Of a stretch of 64,000 bases of DNA, positions 46,470 through 60,747 are shown piece by piece. Each line of letters starts with the position of its first letter. Position 1 is the stretch's first letter. Source of the DNA: Chiloscyllium plagiosum (taxonomy: Eukaryota); assembly GCF_004010195.1 (NCBI RefSeq), contig NC_057756.1, positions 4,532,413-4,596,412 of the forward strand. Reading direction: 5' to 3'. Position numbers and translations under genes: made by a program. The notes under the pieces are model-generated. The model had not been told where the DNA came from and searched no databases. It worked only from the letters and a program-made list of their open reading frames with translations.

Positions 46470-49400
46470 TTCTAACTTGACATCAAGCACCACATCCCAT
46501 GGAAAAAGAAAACAGCTGAAACATTTTAAAAATTGTTACAAACTTTGAAGACTTCCTCCAGTTAAGCACAGGTCTTCGATTTCTCAGCAGGAGAAACCAC
46601 AACATTTCCAGCCAGTTCAGCCTTCTGAGATAGTTCTATCGCCACATCTTGCATAATTTGGAGCTTCTCTTTCCTTTAACTTCTCCAAAACACTTCACAA
46701 AGGGCATGAATAATCATCACATATGTGTTCAAGATAGAAATTGTGTTCAAAATTTAATCTACGTGCGATCAAAGAAGTTTGCATTTTATTGTTGACTTTA
46801 TTATAATCAGTAATACAAAGAATTTCATGGTAATTGAAATGCTTCCATAATCAGCTGCTATGTAAAATGAAAATATTAGAAATTAAATTATAAAATAACA
46901 CAAATCAATGACTTGTCGTTACTTGTAATGCAAGGATGAATGATGGTCACACTTGAAATTCAATTTAAATGTTCATTTTACCCAGTAAAACACGTGTACA
47001 ACAATCATTAATTGACACCAAAGGTTATCAGTGAAAATGTGTATCTGTATTCAGTAAATAGGATATGTCAATCAATGGTACGCCTGCTGCAGAAGCCAAA
47101 GGCTGGTGATGAAGTACTCTCTACCTTTACGTTATACACTAAAGTGGAATATTTAGACGATTGGAAGCTACTCAGGATTTCACTTGAATGTCAAAACTGA
47201 TATGACAGTAAAAGAAAATCGAGGAGGAAATGCAGACGTAGTACTATCCTGCTCATATCATATCCTGTTTTCCTTGTCCAAAATTGAGAGTGACAGTTGC
47301 CACTTACTCAAATCCAGGCAAAATAACATAATTTTCACAATTGTCGATTTGCATTGACTTGTTTGGTACTGCATTTCTTCATTCTAGAATGACATACTCG
47401 ATCTTACAATCCTTATGAAGAAAATATTTTCTGCGATTTCCTTGGCTCTGTTTCACAATTTGATTAAAAAGATCTGTTTGACAGAAAGGAATACAATTTA
47501 TTTGATATCTCAATAGAAAACCTGTAATTAAATTTCTCCAATTAAATTTTACAGCAAAGCTTCCCCACCAACCCCAAGACTGTCCTTCACCTTCGTGGTC
47601 CCATGTGTCCCTCGTCTCAATTTGCGTCTAAAAGATTAACAATAACATAATTCCAACGTACTTAGAAATCATTTTCAGTGGAAAAAAAAATTCTGAGATT
47701 GGCAATCCATAGCTTATTCTGAATAATAATTCATAACTTCAAGTTTTGTTGAAATCTGTCTCTTCATTTAAAATCGATTATGTTTTAATGTAATCTTTAA
47801 TATTTATTACTGGAAAGGCCAGAATTTTGAAATTACATGCTGAAATGTATGAAAAAAATGCAAGTCATTGACTAGTTCTGAGAAAGACTATGTACACATC
47901 AAATCGTTCATTATTTAGGAATCAAAATGTTCAGCAATTGCAGTGGAACGTTTAAAGGAATAAATCGACAACATTACCAACAAGGTTACATTGAAGAAAT
48001 TGTACTCTTACTCTTTTCCACGAAGTTGCGTTTTAATTAAAGAATGCAAGATTATTCTGTGATCAAGATACCAGTAGGAAGGCATACATTCAACAAGTCA
48101 GTAAATACCAAGAGATGGAAATGGAACGTATTAGACAAGGGATGCAGATCACGTCGTTCCAGGAAGAATTGTTTTATTCAGAGGCATGTAAGGAGTGATT
48201 GTACAACTTAATTTTGCAATCTTGAATGATTTTCTATTGCAATGTCAAATAAATCTGTTATGTTACTCTGGATTTTCTGGAAAATGTGAGTGAATGAACA
48301 ACGTTAAACTGAGTGTTAGCACAGTTGGATTATTTTTGATGTTCCTCATTCTGAAGCGGGATACATCTAAGTCAAAATGACACTGGTTCAAAATTCAAAA
48401 ACAAGCAAATTTTACTTTGTTGATTGGTCTCTGGATCATTAAATTTGAAACCAACATCTCAGCAGTACCTTCCAGTTTAAATTTGCCTTTGAGAAACATG
48501 GACAAATTCCAAGGAACGGAAAAGAATATTGAGGAAGAGTTTTCATGTTTACTCAAGGCAGTACTCTTTGGAACGTTATCTTTATTTATAATCAATACAG
48601 ATATGTGCTGAAGGTTATGAGTCGATGAGGGTGGGTGATGGATTGAACGAACGAAATGATCAAAAATCCTGCCTAAGCCGTCCAAAAGCTATAAAGAGAG
48701 AGTCATTGAGTCTTAGTGTCATATAGCATGGAACCAGACGATTTGGTCCAGAACAGAAAGCAGTATATAGATGGCAGAGTGCATTAATACAGTGTAAAAT
48801 CAAGAAGCGGATGATTGACTGCAGACAGGGGGGTCAGAAATAGACAGAGAGATGAGATTCAATGTTTGAAAGATAATAATAGTGAAAAGAGAGCAAGTGA
48901 TTTGAGGGCTGAAAGAAGCTGCCTTATGAAGACAGTGATTCAATGATTGCTTTTGGTTCCTGAAGACAATTTGTTATGTGCTCGTAAACATGATTAAACA
49001 CGAAATGTTTCTGATGAATACTGCATCTAAGCGAAAGTCATTCTGGATTTATAGGAGGACTGTGTTGACCCAAAATGACAGGATTACCAACCAAGTCTCT
49101 TAATTATTGTGGTGCAAGAGTTGATCACTATTCATTAAAAAAAAGTAGATACTCTTGCAACACTTTGGTAATATTTTAGTGTAATTTAGATTTCAGCAAA
49201 AAACATGTATCCTAAGTAGAGGTAGTGAAGTGCGGAGAAAAAAGCGTGGAAAGAGGTTTTTTTCTTAAATGTTGTATTGTTCCAACAATCGAAGGTGACA
49301 GCGCAGTAGGTAAATATGAATATCATATACTTTTAAAATAATATATTGAAACACCTCGGGCAGTCAATATCACACAGATTACAGACAATTGAGCTACCAG

Positions 49401-50779
49401 CTCTATCAGCCAGACAATAAGCAAATAAATCGAGCAAGACTGGTGAAGCTAAAGGACAGCTTTTTTATGATGAAAAATGCAATAAAACTTGCGTTGACAG
49501 AGAATGGACATGCAGTTCATAATCAGACAAAAACTTGAATTAATACAGACGTGATTAATAACATTCCAAACATACTTAGGGTGCTTGGCGATCTTTTATA
49601 TGGAAAAGGTACTATGAATGAAGGAGGTGCAAGTTGATGTGAAGTAATCGGTGTATTGAAATGAGTGAATATATATGAATGAATCAAGATGAGGGAAGAA
49701 TTTTGGGAAGTGAGAAGGGAAGTGTAGTATGATGCCAAGTAGTTTGTGTGCTTGAAGACGCATGGAAAATAAATGAGTCAGAAAATGTGCATAGCATGCT
49801 CAGAGCTAATTTTCCGTAAATTTAGAGATGACATTTACAGTTGGAATTTGGGACATTGGTACCTCATATTCACCACTCAGTCAACAGATTATGGCGTCTG
49901 GACAGCCTCACTATAGTAATAGGCCGGATGAACATAAGAAATGTGCAATGAAGTGAGAAAAAGTTTTAAAAATTCAATTTTCTGTTCGTATCATGGATTA
50001 CCTACGAGATTTGAATCAAAGAACATTTTAGCGTATTGCTCAATTGGCATCTGGAATTATTCCGAGTAATGACATAAAGGTAACCATTTGCACTCAACTC
50101 AGCAACTGTGGAATGAAAGCTAAGAGAATTCAAAACAAAATCTAAGTTAAAGATATAATAAGACCCTTGTGTTCAGTTTCAAATAGAGCGGAAGGTAAAC
50201 ACTGTCTACTACATTACCAGGAAAGTATAAAGAATTCCCGGAAATAATTTGACTACCTTCGAATTTACATTTCAGAGGTAGAGTCGTAGAGTTCTACAGT
50301 ATGTTTAGAGACCTTTTCTCCAACCAGATCATGCCAAACTAAATTAGAACTACCTCCCAGCGTGTGGCCCGCATCCCTCTAAACGTTTTCTATACGAATG
50401 TCTTTTACAATTAAAGTTCCATAACTGATTTTAAAAATGTTTCTGACATATAAAAATCAACAGAAATCTACAAGAAAGATTGCAGCTCAGGAGCAGTTGC
50501 AAGATCGACATTACGCTCAGTTCATGATCTTTTTTTTTAAATCTCGGAAGTCTCCTCCAATTTTCCAGCCTGAGTCTGCTGTCGGCTTTTCTCTTTGGTA
50601 AAATGTCGCCCTTGTGAAACTGTTCTGCTGCAGAAGCCGGAAAACTCGGGCATTCGGAATTGAAATATCTTTGTTTCCAAATAGTTACTCAGCCCAAAAA
50701 CTGCTAAAAGCAGAGAAACTTAGCCAAGCTCCTCCTGTTATTATCTAATCATGAATTTGGCGGGGCAGAAAAGTGTTTC

Positions 50780-53030
50780 TAGTAACTCAATACCAAGTTT
50801 TAAGCGTTTCACATAAAATGGCCAGAATTCGATCTGAAATGTAATTGATGTCCAGATTTGAAATTAGAGTGCCTGATAGCAAGTCCTGTATGGTATGTGA
50901 AATAGAGATCGCTTGGTAAGAATAGATACCAAGGAAAAAGCTACTGAATTCTCTGAGGTTCTCAGTGAGCTTATGGTCCAATATATCCTTTTCATGTCTG
51001 ATTTAACATCTATTGTATTTGGGGAAGAAGGAGTGACACAAAATAAGCTCTTTGTGGAGAGGCATTCGCCAATCAATGCATCAATAAGTTACTTCCACAA
51101 TGCAGTTTCGGGAATGTAAGTGGGTGATTGGCAACACGATGGCTTCCTTTTTTCTGCCAAGTCCAAAAATCGTGCAAATGGTCTGATGTCAGCGATTGTC
51201 AGGAAACTTTCTCTCGTTTCTTTCTTATAATTTCCTGCAGATTTTAAAAAGCCTTCCATCAAGCCTAATCACTAGAGTCATGCATTGTCACTCTCGGGGA
51301 AAAAATGCTCACACCTGACCTCAGTCCTCCAAAACACCCAGTGTTCCAGTCATCTATATTCCAACAGCAACTGCAACCTATTGACACTGGCATCAGTGTG
51401 AAGGTCGCGTGCATTTGGAAGAAACACAGAGTGGTGGATGTCACTATGCATTGATGAAGCATTGACACTAGGTTGATGACATAACTAAGTGCTGGAATGT
51501 TGTCGGCGAGTAGGGCATTGTTTATTGTTGGGCACCACGGATGAAGTTGGAAAGGAAGCACTGACCGTAAGGCTGTCCACAGAGAACAGAGAAAGTAGGA
51601 TGCATCAGGGCGAGATGATAATGATGTCTATGTGGATCTGTGCAGCTGACTGAGAAGATCTGAGAATGCAGCAATTATTTCCATTTTCTTCAGTAAATTT
51701 GCAATCTGGTCGGTATGTGAAAGCTTGAAGTAATTTAATGTAGCGTGGTGAATGCTCCTGGAAGTCAAAGTCTCTTCATAATGACAGTTGGCAATGGATC
51801 CAATAGGGTAATCATCTGTGGAGATCATTCAGGTGCATATTATGTGGTGTTCCTGCATGTTTCTGGATCAGTGGATACCTGAGAGTCAGCGTTTACTGAT
51901 TGAAAAATAACCTCGACATTATGCATATCATTCCATGGTTCCTATAGAGTTTTTTTTGAATACTGTGATGATAATACGGCATTTCTATTCCGAACTTAAT
52001 GTAATGCATAAATTAGAAGAATTTCACCTGATTGGACTTCTTCAAATTTATGATGCTAGACAGGCTGTTCTTGCAGAGTTGGGAAAACTACACTTTTGGA
52101 ATGACCTGTAAACCTCGATAATGTTATCATGAAGACGAGACTTGACTTGCAAACAATGCAGCTGGCTGAGGACAAATATGGTGTGGAGGGGAAGAGGAAT
52201 AATGATGAGAAATATGTAGAGAGACCTCACATGTATTACCTCACCAGTAAAGAAAACAATGATGGAGGCCAGAGATTAAAGCATTGGGATCATGAGATCT
52301 GGAGCATCCAAGGCAAAGAAGAAGTTTCAGCATGCGCTGAACTGTGGAAATATACTTTGGGAGGCAAACGTGACAGTCGGTGACATTATTCTGCTATCTA
52401 CATGCAAGTTCATGACAGACTCAAATAATGAACCCGATTCAGCAGCCCAGCAATTTCACTTCTTTCAAGGTGGATGAAATAATCATTTGGAAAAGCAGAG
52501 TGAAGCGGAGTTTGAAACGAATGTCTGCTTTGTCTCCTACACCCGATTTGTTTTCATCTGTCTCATCAGTTCCATATCTCCTAACGTAAATAATTGTCAC
52601 ACTCAATGGTAACTGCACAGTTTTCACCACCAGTGCAAACCATCAGACATGCATAAAATTTGGGCAACACCCAGAATTGGACATACAGATGCCAAACAAC
52701 ATTTGCCTCATTGGGTGCCATGGAATAACAATCTCAAATGGACGGAGGGGCTTGCCAAGTAATGTTGTCACTGGCTCATAATTCGATCCAGGTAATGGTT
52801 TATGGATTTGCCTTCAAATCTTACCAGGGAAGATCATAGAAATTGGTTGGAATGCAAGTCTAGAATTCAGATTCTAATTATAGCTAATGATGAAACTGTT
52901 GGTAGGGGAAAACTCCATCTTGTTCACTACTTTCTGTGATGGAAAGCATCTGCCATCCTTGCCAGGGCTGGCCTCCATGTGACTCGAAAATCCAGCATCA
53001 TGTTTTGACTCTTAACTGTCCACTGACAAA
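50780..53030 (-). mobile_element. Heavily decayed CR1/L2-clade LINE
   Basis: Segments are reverse-complement similar to 38130-39400, e.g. TTCTTAGGTCCAT-like and CAGCAAGTGCTG-like blocks. No intact ORF. Confidence 0.5.
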
Positions 53031-56000
53031 GTAGTGATCGGAAATATAGCTGGCCTAGCCAGTAACGCTGTCATCCTAGAACTGGATAAAGTAAAGCAGC
53101 AAATCAAACAACTGTGCTGATGTTGCAATCGCTGAATCTCCAATTTTTACTTTCATTCAAATTACCACTGAACATAAATAAAGCTGCACCATGCACGTAC
53201 TGTGGCATCATGAATATGTTTAAGGTTAATAATTGTACCGTAAAAAAATAGATTGTGTTCAAATAGTTTGAAGGCTGTCCCCATTACCATTTCAAGGCGC
53301 ACATAGATGGTTTTGACATTTGTCTACACTTCTGTTATATTCAAAAAGATCGACGCAATACTGGTCAAGACATCCAGCCACATGCCATTCTATCAAGAAC
53401 GTTAACCAGTCGATCCCTTAACAATAGCACAGTAGGAACTCACCGACATTTGTCGACTGCACTTTCTGAAAAATGATTTCGATTTTTCAGAAGAGCTAGT
53501 GCCGGTAATGCATGTGATTACTCCCACAAGCACTTCCTCCTCTGAGGGACAGACCAATGTGAATTGCAAATTAAAATGCTGGATCACAATCCAGAGAGTA
53601 ACGCTAATTCAACAACACCCCATTGACTGCAGCGATTACAAGAAGATTGTTCACCATCATTTCATTCAGAGATAATAGGAATCAGAAATAGAATCTTACT
53701 GTATGAATGTTGATACAATTGGATGAACAAACAGTTTAACATTTCAAAGAGCAATGTGGGACGTGTATGATAATTGATTTTGTGTGTGTGAATAGAGAAA
53801 GACATTGCTATCTAATCAAGATTACACGAGAGTGTGGCTTATTGAAACAAATGAAAAGAATATTCAAAACTAAGTTAAAATAAAGGAAAATAACATTGTC
53901 TCTTTATAATGAGGGCTATGTGATTTTATTTTAATTTTACTGATTGCTATTTCACCCACTATTACGATTGTTTGGCTTTACACAGCTATATGTTTTTAAG
54001 AGGTTTCAAGTGAAGTCCAGTCGGAAAGCGAATAAAGCAAACAGTTGGAGGGTCTTGGGTTCTTTTTTAAGTTGGAACAATAGAAGCAGCTTGAGTGGGT
54101 GTGGTCAAACACTCACAGAATCAATATTTTCAGTAAGCTTTCAGCAGTAGCTGCTAGCATTGTTAAAACAAACTGTCACATGTCTTTTTTGCTGTGGTTG
54201 AAAACTGGGATTCTCTCTCTGGAGTTTTCTGAGTTTGCCTTTTGCCAAGGGTGTGTTTGTGGAGTGTTACTTCGTTGGCATGCTTAATTAATAATAATTA
54301 TATTATATATTCTTCTGTTACATTTTACAATAAAGTCATGTCATACTAATTCCTTAATTATTTTATTATATTTTAGCTTTCATGGTAGAATAAAGTGTGT
54401 TTTGATTTAAATCCGGTAGTTTGCCTAATTGAATATCAACTGGAATGCAGCGCTTTATATTTACCTTTAAAGTGAGAAAATGTTAGGGCCTAGGCTATCC
54501 TCTGAATAGTTTACGATGGTGTTCTCAGTTCCAAATAACAAAGGCGACCACCGCCCACCACACTAAAGGGTACTAATGATGAGCAAATCCATCGTAGCTG
54601 AAGGACCAGTGACCATCTGTTGAAATGTGTCCAAGAGTTGCCTTTTGGCTTGCATTCGAGAAAGTGGCTAAACAAATGAAATGGCCAATGTGAATATTGT
54701 TGATCCAAATAATATTGGCAGGTTGAGCTAGTAAGGTCTTTGCATCAATATCAGAGGAGATATCTCGAGAGTATAATGAGACGAAAAATATCACCTTTAG
54801 TGCAGAGGTGTTACTAGATGCCAACAAAGTGTTCAAATGCACATTAAGTTTGAGCGGTTCAGCAAAGTAACTTTGATAGGTAGATGATGGCATTCAAAAT
54901 AAGTCAAACATGCAACGCTCTTAGACAATTATTTTGGAGTTCAAAACTCCACTTCCTTGGGTAGAAAGGATTAGTTTGGAAGATAAGAGAGTTAAAACGG
55001 CAGGATTAGCAGCGGAAAAGGCTGTGGATTATGTGTTGGTTCATCCATCAAAGTTTGGCTTCCGACGTCAATTTCAATCTGGGACAGTAATAGGTCGGAG
55101 AAAAAACGAAGTTCTCGGGTGGTAAGGGTAAAGGAGATCGAATTGACGATAGTAAAGCCAATTCACTACAAGGTAAAAGGGAAACCAGTGATGGGGGAAA
55201 GAAGTTAAAAATCTTAGGTGTTTTCACTGAGATAAATTCGACAACATGAATTCGCAGGGTTGGCGGTTAAGAAAAAATACTTTGGAAGAGGTTTACGGGA
55301 AAACTTGTTGAGCGAGTGTGACCTCGTAAATGACAAAGGAGAGCAAAGTGGAAGCTGAAAACTTGCACCAGAATGTACAAACTCATCAGGGGTTAGTGAG
55401 CAGTAAGAGTCACTCCATGTTAAAGAATTTATTTGTGAGGGTAAGTTAAACTCATTTTTTCCAAGAGCAGCAGGTTAAGAATTTTCAGAGTATGACAAAA
55501 GGCAATTTGAGATTCTGAGAGATTAGGAGATATGTAATTCGTCAGGATTATTGCCAGAGAATTTGGTAAAATGTGAAATTCTTGGTGAGAAAACATGTGC
55601 CATTATATACAGTGAGGTTGGATAATCCGGTGTCAAATTTTGAAGTCGTGGGATGAGTTATAGAAAGATTCTTAATTCCAACAGTTCAATCTGTCTTTGG
55701 TGATAATACAGCTGGATCACTGATAGATGTGAAGTCTACTTTGGAAAGCCAGGGAACAGAAGTAATAGAGCAACTGTGTCCTGGGACTTTTTCTGACTAT
55801 GTGGTAACCAGATCAGAAAGCCACAGGTTGAAGCAAGAGCAAAAATCAAACAACAGAAGTTAAGGAAGTTGAAGTTCATTTATCAGCGATTCTATTTGCT
55901 CAAATGGTTGAGAGAAAATAAGCAAAAACAAATAAAGGATGCAGTGGACATTTTTAGTTCAGTGAAAACAACTGAATGAGAACAGAAAGGTGAAAATTTA

Positions 56001-56139
56001 AAGAAATGTACCAAAATGCACACACTGAAAAAGTGTTTGGATGTAGCCCAAAATGTTACTTGCTTAAAATGACGTCTTCTTGAGGAAATGGAGATGATCA
56101 CGTATTCAGTGGAATGAGAAATGAGAAGTTCAGGATGTT

Positions 56140-56490
56140 CATGGGTGGTGTGGTGGTTCAGTAGTTAGCCATGCTTTCTCACAGCACCAGGGAACCGAAT
56201 TTGATTCCAGCTTCCGACGACTGTCTGTGTAGAGTTTGCACATTCTCTTTGTGTCAGTGCAGGTTTCATCTGGGTGCTCAGGCTTCCTCCCACAATCCGA
56301 AGATGTGCAAGTTGGGTGAATTGGGCATGGTTAATTGCCCATATTGATCTGGTGTGTGTATGTTAGGCGCAATACTCATGGGAAACGTGGACTAATACCT
56401 GAGGAGAATGGGTCTGTGTGGGATACTCTTTGGAGGATTGTTTTGGACCTTTTGGGCCTAATGACCTGTTTTCACACGGTAAGGATTCTG
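56140..56490 (+). mobile_element. SINE inserted in the gypsy integrase region
   Basis: Same family as 40365-40675. Confidence 0.8.
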
Positions 56491-58074
56491 TGGTTCTTTT
56501 ATTACCGGTTGGTTAAAGAAACAAAATGACAGTAGCACATGAGTTCACAGGAATTCACGAAAACTCAAGCTAAAACCCACAAAACATCTTTTTTTGCCTG
56601 AACTGCATGAGGATACGTTTCAATTTGGCCATACATGTCACACATATCAGATAATTTGAATACCTCAGGATCTGATAAAACCAACTCATACCCATTCCCG
56701 CATTTAGAGGACATTTTTGCAAGGGACTTAATTGACTACGTAGGTCCCCGATCTAAAACGAAAAAAAAGGAAATCAATCGCTGTTAACCATATTGGTTTT
56801 GTTCACGAGATGTCCAAAGGTCATTCCATTACGGAGCATCATAACTAAAAGCATTCTGGAAGATTTGTCCTTTTTATAAATACATACAGTTTATCTGCAG
56901 AGATGCAATCTGATTAGTGGGCAAATCCCACAATAAAATTATTCACGGAAGTCATAGTGAGCTTAGGGAAAACACGATTCAATCCGATTGCATACAATCC
57001 AGAATAGCACAGAACGGTGTCATCAAAATGTAAAGTTTATGTTGAAGTATTGGAAATACACAGGGGATTGTGATAAAAGAAATACATTTCTACTTTTTGC
57101 AATTAAGGGTCCATCAAATAAATTTACCAAATTAAATATTTATGTATTATTCTTAGCATGAATTGAGAGAACCACTGAAAGAAATTGGTGTGTTAGAATT
57201 CAGAAACCACATATTTGGAAACCACAAATTTTAGGGAAAGATTAATTCTGGCTGGTGAATTGGCTAGGCAACACCTAAAGGTAACACAGCCCGGGATATT
57301 AGAGTAAGCAGACAAGAAATCTGAAATTCTAGTTTTAGCTTTGTGAAAGCAATTTTAATTGGGCACTATAAAAACTAAAATAAATTGAATAAAGTGAATT
57401 ATTTGATAAGAAAGCCAAATAAAACGAAATCTCAGAGATTTGTTAACGAGAATATGCTGAAATGTTGTATTAATTGCACATGGAAACTAAAGGGGGACTG
57501 TTATTCATTACAAAGCTGAGTGAATAACCAAGGTAAAGTGATTCTGAATTTTACAATCCCCAAATTAAATTGCATAATAAAGAAGTCCTCAAAAATCAGA
57601 ATAAATTACTGAATTGCCTTCCAAAGAAAAATCGAGATGACCTGAAAGATTTATTCCAATCACTTGGGGAGATTTTTGAAAATACGTTTTGAAGTAGCAA
57701 TCTAATTACATAGGACATAGAATTAGGAAATGCAATTCCATGTAAGCAACATACATTTCGCCAAACCATCTAAACTTTGCAAAAGTTCAAAAATACATTG
57801 AATGCATGTTCAAAGACAATGTAATCAAAGTGAGTTACAGTGCATGAAGTTCACACATTGTAATGGTGCCAAAACAAAATGGTACACAATGATTACATGT
57901 GGACTATTGCAAAGTCATGCATTTGCAAAATCTGTTTCATGCCCCACCTCATGCCTGTAAAATTTGTTCGAGAAGGTTGGACAGGCAACCAATATTTTTA
58001 AATTGGATTTACTCCGAGGACCAAAAACAGTTTTGGTTTTTGGGACACCGAATGGACCAGGCCAATTTAAATAC

Positions 58075-58250
58075 ATGGAGAAAGTGAGGACTGCAGATGC
58101 TGGAGGTCACAGTTAATAGTGTAATGCTGGAAATGCACAGCCGATTAGGCAGCATCCAAGGAGCAGGAGAATTGATGTTTCAAAAGTCGATTCTCCAGAT
58201 CCTCAGATGCTGCCTGACCCGCTGTGCTATTCCAGCACCACACTCTCGAC
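58075..58250. mobile_element. PLE pLTR-derived inverted-repeat fragment inserted in the gypsy RT
   Basis: GTGTAATGCTGGAAATGCACAGCCGATTAGGCAGCATC (minus pLTR) followed by GATGCTGCCTGACCCGCTGTGCTATTCCAGCACCACAC (plus pLTR). Confidence 0.7.
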
Positions 58251-58631
58251 AATTTACATGCGCTCTATTTCAGATGCAAAATGCGGCAGCACATTTCAAA
58301 GACAAACTGATTTCTGCTTTGCCCAAGTTTGTCTTGTACGCCAATGAACTGGTGACCTTTAGTCACGCTTTGAAAGAAAATTTTCAGCATCCATTGGGAT
58401 TGTTCAATCCAATTGGGATGTTGGTCTGGTGATGAACCTGGCTAACAATCAGTTTGCAAAAGTCCAATTCTCATTCCAAGGCCATTTCGTTGAATATACA
58501 CAGATGGCTCCACGGATGTGAAGAAAAAGGTTATTGGGGAGGTTCCCCCAACATCGGCTAAGAGCGCAGAAATATGATTTGGGAATTAACTGTTGTTTTA
58601 GTTGGAAGTTGCAGTGTAATTGATCCTCCTG

Positions 58632-59207
58632 AGTTGCGCCAGGCCAGTCCCCCTCCAAACAGTTTAAGAAGGTAGGCCAGACCCTGACTTTTTCTTAATT
58701 TAAAGGCAGATGTAAATTAGATGTCACTGGATTGATGCAACTGGTCAAACCACTCAGCTTAGGAAAACTAAATTTGTTTTCGCATTACAGCTGAAACCCA
58801 GACAAAGAAAACAGAATTTAGAAGAACTTAACTATGTGGAAACCCAACCAACCCGAAATCGCAAATTAACGCAGGAGCCCTTCCAATACCCTCAACATCC
58901 CAAAATCACACCGCTTTGCAAATGGTAAATTCAAACTCAGCTTCTTACAGGTAGGAGAGATTGCCAAGAGAAGAGTCAGGCAAGAAACATCCATTGAAGT
59001 ATGGAAGTTTTTTCACAGTAACAGCTTATCTACTATCAGCAAATTCTAACAGCCTGCTAAAACAAACCAAACTAGATTTTTAAAAAAGCTAGGAGAACTC
59101 GCCAGTCCCTCACAGCCACATCCTGACAGATCAGCACCTCTGCCTTTATGACCCCTCTTGAAAATAAAATCACTAAATAACCTTGTTAAAGTGGCAACGT
59201 TCTCACA
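58632..59207 (-). mobile_element. Solo gypsy LTR inserted antisense in the RT/RH region
   Basis: Reverse complement resembles the LTR at 60750-61243 (CACATCTGCCTTTAA, GAGTGGTTTGAC, TTGCATCA). Ends ...CTCACA. Confidence 0.65.
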
Positions 59208-60747
59208 TAATGCTTGATTATTCAAAGAGCAGAAAGCCAAAGTGATCCGTGAACTGCCGGAATGAACTTGACAGCCTGACAGTTATGTTATCTACTCTTC
59301 AATGTTAGGTATACCTAATTATGCAAAGCCAATCAACGTGGCTAATGATGCCACTGATGTGTATGTTGGTGATGTGCTCTTGCAAGACGTTGACGAGAAG
59401 ATTGAAAGATATATTGGCTTTTCCTTTCAGAAAATTGAATAATCATCAACAGAATTGTTCCATGATTCAGAAGGAAACCTCGAGATTGCTGTGGCGTTGC
59501 AAAATTTCAACAATTATATTATGAACGACGTGTCTGATACAGTTGTATATTCTAATTCTAAACCCTTAACGTTTGCAGAAGAATCCAGGTTGTTTAGTGG
59601 ATCAGACTACACCAGCAAATCATTTGAAAATTATGATGTGGCAGGAGAGGCAGCGTATTTGCCTACGTGGTATCACAACTGGGATGACAGAAGGTAGCCT
59701 CACTCAGTGGCAGAAATAAAAGTTGGACTGAAATAGACTGTTGAATGAATGCTTGCTTGATTAAACCTAATGTAGTGTATATGTATTTTGTATTAATAAC
59801 GTAAAACTAAGGATTTCTTTTAAAATTGAGACATTTCTCATATTTGGTAGTTAATTTATCAACGGAGGCAATGTGACAAATCAGTGGCCTTACGAAGTTA
59901 TTTTGTACTTTTGTTTGAAAGAGGTTTTGACTTAGAGGTGTTGAGTCGCTTAGCAAGTCAGCCAGTAAAGTAATCAGCTAGAGTGGCTGCACTTCTTTTT
60001 TGATTTTTGAACAATAAATCCTGAGTGGGTTTGGTCAAGCTCCCACAGAATCAGGATTTTTAGTTAGCTTTCAGCAGAAGCGACTAGGGTTGTGAAAAAG
60101 TTCCCACAGGTCTCCTTGCCGCAGTTGAAAGCTGCAGTTTTTGCTCGGTGTCAGAGCTGACTTTTGAAGTTCTATACTCCACGACTGGAGAGCTGCATGT
60201 GAAACAATCTGTTGTCTGAATTTGAATTTTGCCAATTGTGTGTTTTAGATACTGGATATAATGGATCAGTTAATTAGTAATAGTTGGTCAATCATTCATC
60301 ATATGATGACATCTTTCATTTAGTCTATCTCAAACATATCACAGAGAAAATCTCTTCCTCTCCAGTCTTTGCCCTTCAGACACCATCTCGCAATACCTCT
60401 TTAGTCTGTTATAACCGCGCTGAGAGATCTGCAGGGTTTTCTTTGCACAATCTAAATAATGCTTTGCAAAGACGTCAAAAATCGTTATTCAACTGCAAAC
60501 CTCGTGAAAAATCAACTTGAAAATGTCTGGTATGTTGATTCAGGTTTCGAAAATCCATTTTCATAAGAAATTAAAAATTCTAGAGAGGATGCAGAAGAGA
60601 TTTATTAGATGGTTTCAGGCGATAACAGAGTGTAGTTTGAGGTCAAGGAGAAAAAATACTATTGCATCACAACGATGCTGTCACGTGAACAAGATATTTT
60701 TCCTTGTTTTCTTTTAATAAAGTTTGTAAAGGCAGAGATGCTGAGGT

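Larger units (their letters stand above)
53960..60300 (+). mobile_element. Decayed Gmr1-like gypsy element: 5' LTR ~53960-54540, 5'-deleted gag, PR, IN, RT, RH, partial 3' LTR from 59872
   Basis: The LTR pair shares GAGTGGGTGTGGTCAAAC...CACAGAATCA...TTTCAGCAG. IN remnants (LIDYVGP ~56730) precede RT (FQMQNAAAHF ~58270) and RH (ANDATDVYVGDVLLQ ~59340). Colinear with 376-4517. Confidence 0.85.

Noticed and set aside
46500..50780. AT-rich, repeat-poor stretch searched for a second gene or promoter
   Set aside because: No recognisable exon chain, protein motif or CpG island; a GC box near 50760 alone is insufficient.
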